NCBI RefSeq assembly: GCF_009914755.1
Contig: NC_060947.1
Length of the DNA: 64,000 bases
Strand: one strand, 5' to 3'
From: the human T2T-CHM13v2.0 reference genome, Homo sapiens
Part shown: positions 60,121 through 64,000 of the stretch, one piece after another
Layout of the letters: the number at the start of each line of letters is the position of its first letter
How positions within the stretch are numbered: position 1 is the stretch's first letter
The notes under the pieces: generated by a model
Seen by the model: the letters and a program-made list of their open reading frames with translations, nothing else
Told to the model about the DNA's origin: nothing
The model's database searches: none
Translations under genes and position numbers: made by a program

Positions 60121-61404
60121 AATGTTAAAAAAATAGCCATTGTGTTAACATGCCCTGCTTTGGTGTACCTACCACCAATAAAATTAGGACTCTTTTCCTA
60201 GTGCCGTATAGACCTGAGGTGTTACTGTTGTTACACTTTTTGTCTTCCATTGTCTTTAGGGCACGGGGCTTCAATAATCCAGGAGATCCATGAACTCCTC
60301 TATACTTAATGCAATTTTATATCTGTTTAAGCATTTTCCTGGGAGAAAGGGCCCATCGCTTTTTTCAGTTTTTCAAAGAGGCATGTTATCCCCTTGCCCA
60401 AAAAGGGAATCTTAGCAGCATAACCCCATAGGTGGTTTCTATTCCACTGACCTTATTAAATTGTGCATGAAAGCTATTATTTCGAAGCTTTGAGTTGAAT
60501 GTATACCCAAATAAAGCAAAATCTTATTAAGGTTCATTTATGCTATTGATTATCCATCTATACTTTTAGTGGCTGAGATGATTTTATGGCCAAATACTTA
60601 TAAAACCAAGGTGCCCCTGGGAGATGCCCAGAGTAGAGCATGCTTTATTCTGCAGGGCTGCACATGCCCCCAAGGAATCATATTTGTTAGTTTCTCTACT
60701 TTTCCCACACAAATCAGGAAGGTGTAACAAATGGTAATTGATGATTCAAACTCCATTAATCTGTACTACCTATTCATGATTTTCCCCAATATGCACCCCA
60801 AGTTTTTGAAGATTTTTAAGGTGACAACTAAGGAGTCTTCTGTCTCAATAAAGTGGATTTCTAGAAGGAAACAGTGGGGAAATACGTTGAAATTACAGAG
60901 AGGAGATCGATTTAGACAAACCATTTTTTTTTTCCTGATTACAAAGCACAAAGCCAGTGCTTTGAAAAGCAAACAGAGATGTCAGAAGGTCTTTCCCCAG
61001 GCAATTCAATATGTACCTGAAGGACCCTTCTCTGACAGTGACTGTGCTTTGCCCTTTCAAAGCTCACTCTCAGGTACAGATTGTTATCCAGTATTACAGA
61101 TAATTGCTGACTGGATTTAACACAATTCTCCCAGGGGACTGAAGCTAATGGGTTAGAAATTCTGTGTATTTAATGTGTTTGCCCAGGAAGACCATCTCCC
61201 CTTCCTAAAACAGAACTCAAACCCCTAAAGTGAAGAAGGTGCTCACATATTCTATACACATAAAGTCAGCTCCAGTAATCGTGACTTTTTTTTTTAACTT
61301 TTTTGCTTATTCTATTTCTCCATTTAATTTTATTATTTTAAAAATCTGATAATTATATCTTAATACCAACCCTCCTTTCTGACTCAGAACTTTTGTACTA
61401 ATTG

Positions 61405-61620
61405 TTCCCTTTCTCTGGAATGCTCTCTCCCACATGTCTCTGCTTACATGTCTCCTCGGGGGGACCTTTCCTGATGACCTCACCTAAATATTGTTCCTCC
61501 CCACCACTCTTCTGACTCAGCTTTAGTTTTCTACAGCATTCTCACAATCATCTAGCATTCTTATGCATTTATTCATGTGTCTATTGTCTGTTTTTCTCCA
61601 CCAAGATATAGGTACTCAAA
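61405..61620 (+). mobile_element. L2 fragment
   Basis: gttccctttctctggaatgctctc...gacctttcctgatgacc. Confidence 0.6.
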
Positions 61621-61817
61621 GAATATCCTTTTACTCCAATTTTAGATTACTGTAACTTCTTCAATCTTGGCCTTTTAACTTCAGTGTTAAATGAATAGAT
61701 GAAAGAATATTCAAGGAAGATTTAACTGCAGTGGGTTGAGTTAACCCTTCTTGTTTCTTCTTGTTTCCTCTATCCAAGGCCATCCTTGAGAAAGCTTGTA
61801 TGCATTGACATTCATCC

Positions 61818-62201
61818 TGTGGAGTTCTAATAAGATAGGTAAGCAACAACAAAGAAGGAGCCCCAGGTCAGGGAGAACAATTGTTCTGAGACACGGCTAA
61901 TCACAGACAACCTGCTGGCACCACGCCCTGTTCCCATATACCTCGCTCCACATGTAGCCCCAGCAGCAGGACCTTATCTGCACACCTTATCTGCACATAG
62001 CCCCTCCAGTATGAACCTATAAAACTTCCCTCCATCCTCTGCCTCTTGGCAGACAGCACCTTCTTTGCTGTGCTGCCTATTGCACCCTTGCAACATATGT
62101 TTGTACTTTCTTTAATAAATTTGCCTTTCTTTACCTACAACTGTCTTGGTAAATTCTTTTTTCATCTGTGACACTGGCTCCAACCAGTCACACCCGGGAC
62201 A
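61818..62201 (+). mobile_element. Solo ERV LTR (LTR47-like)
   Basis: TG...CA termini, TATA-like cctataaaac and aataaa signal; family name recalled, not verified. Confidence 0.6.
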
Positions 62202-63166
62202 GATTTATTTAATTACTTCATTGAATGCTAACTGTGTACCCAGCCGATCTATGTGCTGGTAGGAAGGTAGTATTATACCATTATTAAACTAGTCCTTTGT
62301 CTCTCCGAGAATATTTGAACACTCAATCATGATTTTTGGTTGGAACTTTCATTTAAAATGGGTGTTATTCTGAGGGCTCACATTACCAGTATATCAGAAT
62401 TGTGTTCTTCCCTCGGGTTTTCATAAAAACAGGTAGCAAAATGATAACATAGATAAATGGAGTTTTGAGAAGTTGCCTACAAGATTAATTTCCTTTTTTA
62501 AAAAATGGGTTTATTTTCCAGTACAGTTAAAACATTATTTGTAAGTGCAGAATTTTCTTACAGAAATGTGTATAAAGAATATTATAAAACAAGTGTTAAT
62601 TTTGTTTTTTCTTACATCTTATTCTTAACCATTGAACTCATTTTATTGGACTATCATTGGAAAATTTTAATTCTGAGGTTTCACATTATCAATAGCAATT
62701 ACTTAGAAAATATTTTCCAAATAAAACATATTATAACTAGGATGTGGATGAGAGGGCTAAAGATGATCACTATGTACATCAAATCCTTTATGTTTATTTC
62801 CGAAATTCTACTTTGTGTACACTTTTCAAGAGTCCTATGTTGTCATTTTTTTGGTTTTAACACTACACCTTCACATTTTTTACCTGTATTACAACTCTGA
62901 AATTCTATTCATATTTCTATAGCATATATTTTACAATAACCTTGTGTCTTCACAATTTACTAATTTAGTGAAATTATGTGTGCCATAGCAAAAATAATTT
63001 TAAAGGTCTATTTAAAATTATCATCCTCTGTGTAAAGGACATCTGATACTTTCTAGAATGTATTTGTCAATAGGGCTGTTTCATTTTTATATAGAAAATT
63101 TGAACACCATGACTCAACCATTACATAGTTCTTTTTACCCCCTCATTTATCCAAGTTTAAGTTATA

Positions 63167-63547
63167 CAGGCATACCTTGGAGATATTGCAGGTTGGTTCC
63201 AGACCACTACAAGAACACAAATATTGCAATAAAGTGAGTCACACAAGTTTTTTGGTTGCCCAGTATATACAAAAGTTATGTTTATACTATAGTCTATTAA
63301 GTGTACAGTAGCATTATTTCTAAAAAAAATGCATACCTTAGTTTAAAAATACTTCATTGCTAAAAACAAATGCTAACATTATCTGACACAGAGATAAGAA
63401 GTGAGCACATGCTGTAGGAAAAATGGTGCTGATAAAGTTGCTCAACGCAGGGTTGCCACAAGCCATTATTTGTAAACAAAACACAACAAAGCAAAAACTA
63501 TCTGCAAAGCACAATAAAGTGAAGAGCAATAAAATGAGATATGCCTG
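63167..63547. mobile_element. Tigger2a/MER28 (TcMar) element
   Basis: TIRs caggcatacc...atatgcctg flanked by TA duplications. Confidence 0.9.
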
Positions 63548-63793
63548 TACTTCTTCATAGAACTGTTATCTAATTCTGGAATATACTTACTGAGTACCTT
63601 CTAGGCATCTGTAGAATTTTATTATTGATGCTAAAATAATTTGAGTCTCAAATATATGTTTAGTGCACTATTATTAATTGATATGTGTTCTCTAACTTTT
63701 TTGTAATATATGCTATAGCATTCCCAAATATAATGCAAGTTTCTTGGAATTACGTCCCCAACTTCTCACATTCCCCACTAGCCCTGAACAAAT

Positions 63794-63931
63794 AGGTGCT
63801 CCTCAACTTAGACTGGGCTACATCCCAATAAGCCCATCATAAATTGAAAATGCTGTTAAGTTAAATGTGCATTTTTGACTTAAAATGGGCTTATTTGGAC
63901 ATAACCCCATTGTAAGTCCAGGAGCATACTG
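63794..63931. mobile_element. MER47/Tigger5-like fragment
   Basis: gtgctcctcaactta...cataaccccattgtaagtccaggagcat inverted termini. Confidence 0.7.
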
Positions 63932-64000
63932 AATGTTGTAAGTTGAACCATTGTAAGTCTGAATGAATTGAATTTAATACAGAAGAGAGGTCTTCATTAA

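Overview
Primate (human-like) AT-rich intronic/intergenic DNA, identified by Alu, L1PA, MaLR and MER repeats. I can support no protein-coding host gene, RNA gene or CRISPR array; the long ORFs are LINE-1 ORF2 remnants. Positions ~13-33 kb are a nested retroelement stack: an old L1M, two L1PA3-like copies, Alus, an L1MB, and an L1PA13-like element carrying a full MST/THE1 provirus. The main discovery is a pair of inverted, separately truncated L1PA3-like copies (15271-17520 minus, 19873-22608 plus) about 2.35 kb apart. They share about 12 non-consensus ORF2 substitutions, mostly transversions and AT->GC changes. This points to concerted evolution by (probably GC-biased) arm-to-arm gene conversion, and makes the spacer a candidate recurrent inversion. 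Smaller structures include a ~35 bp twin-priming inversion, an old local inverted duplication split by the right L1, two triple target-site signatures, templated micro-insertions and a decayed ~100 bp palindrome. Repeat subfamily names and consensus comparisons are from memory and need RepeatMasker/Dfam confirmation; boundaries of old repeats are approximate.
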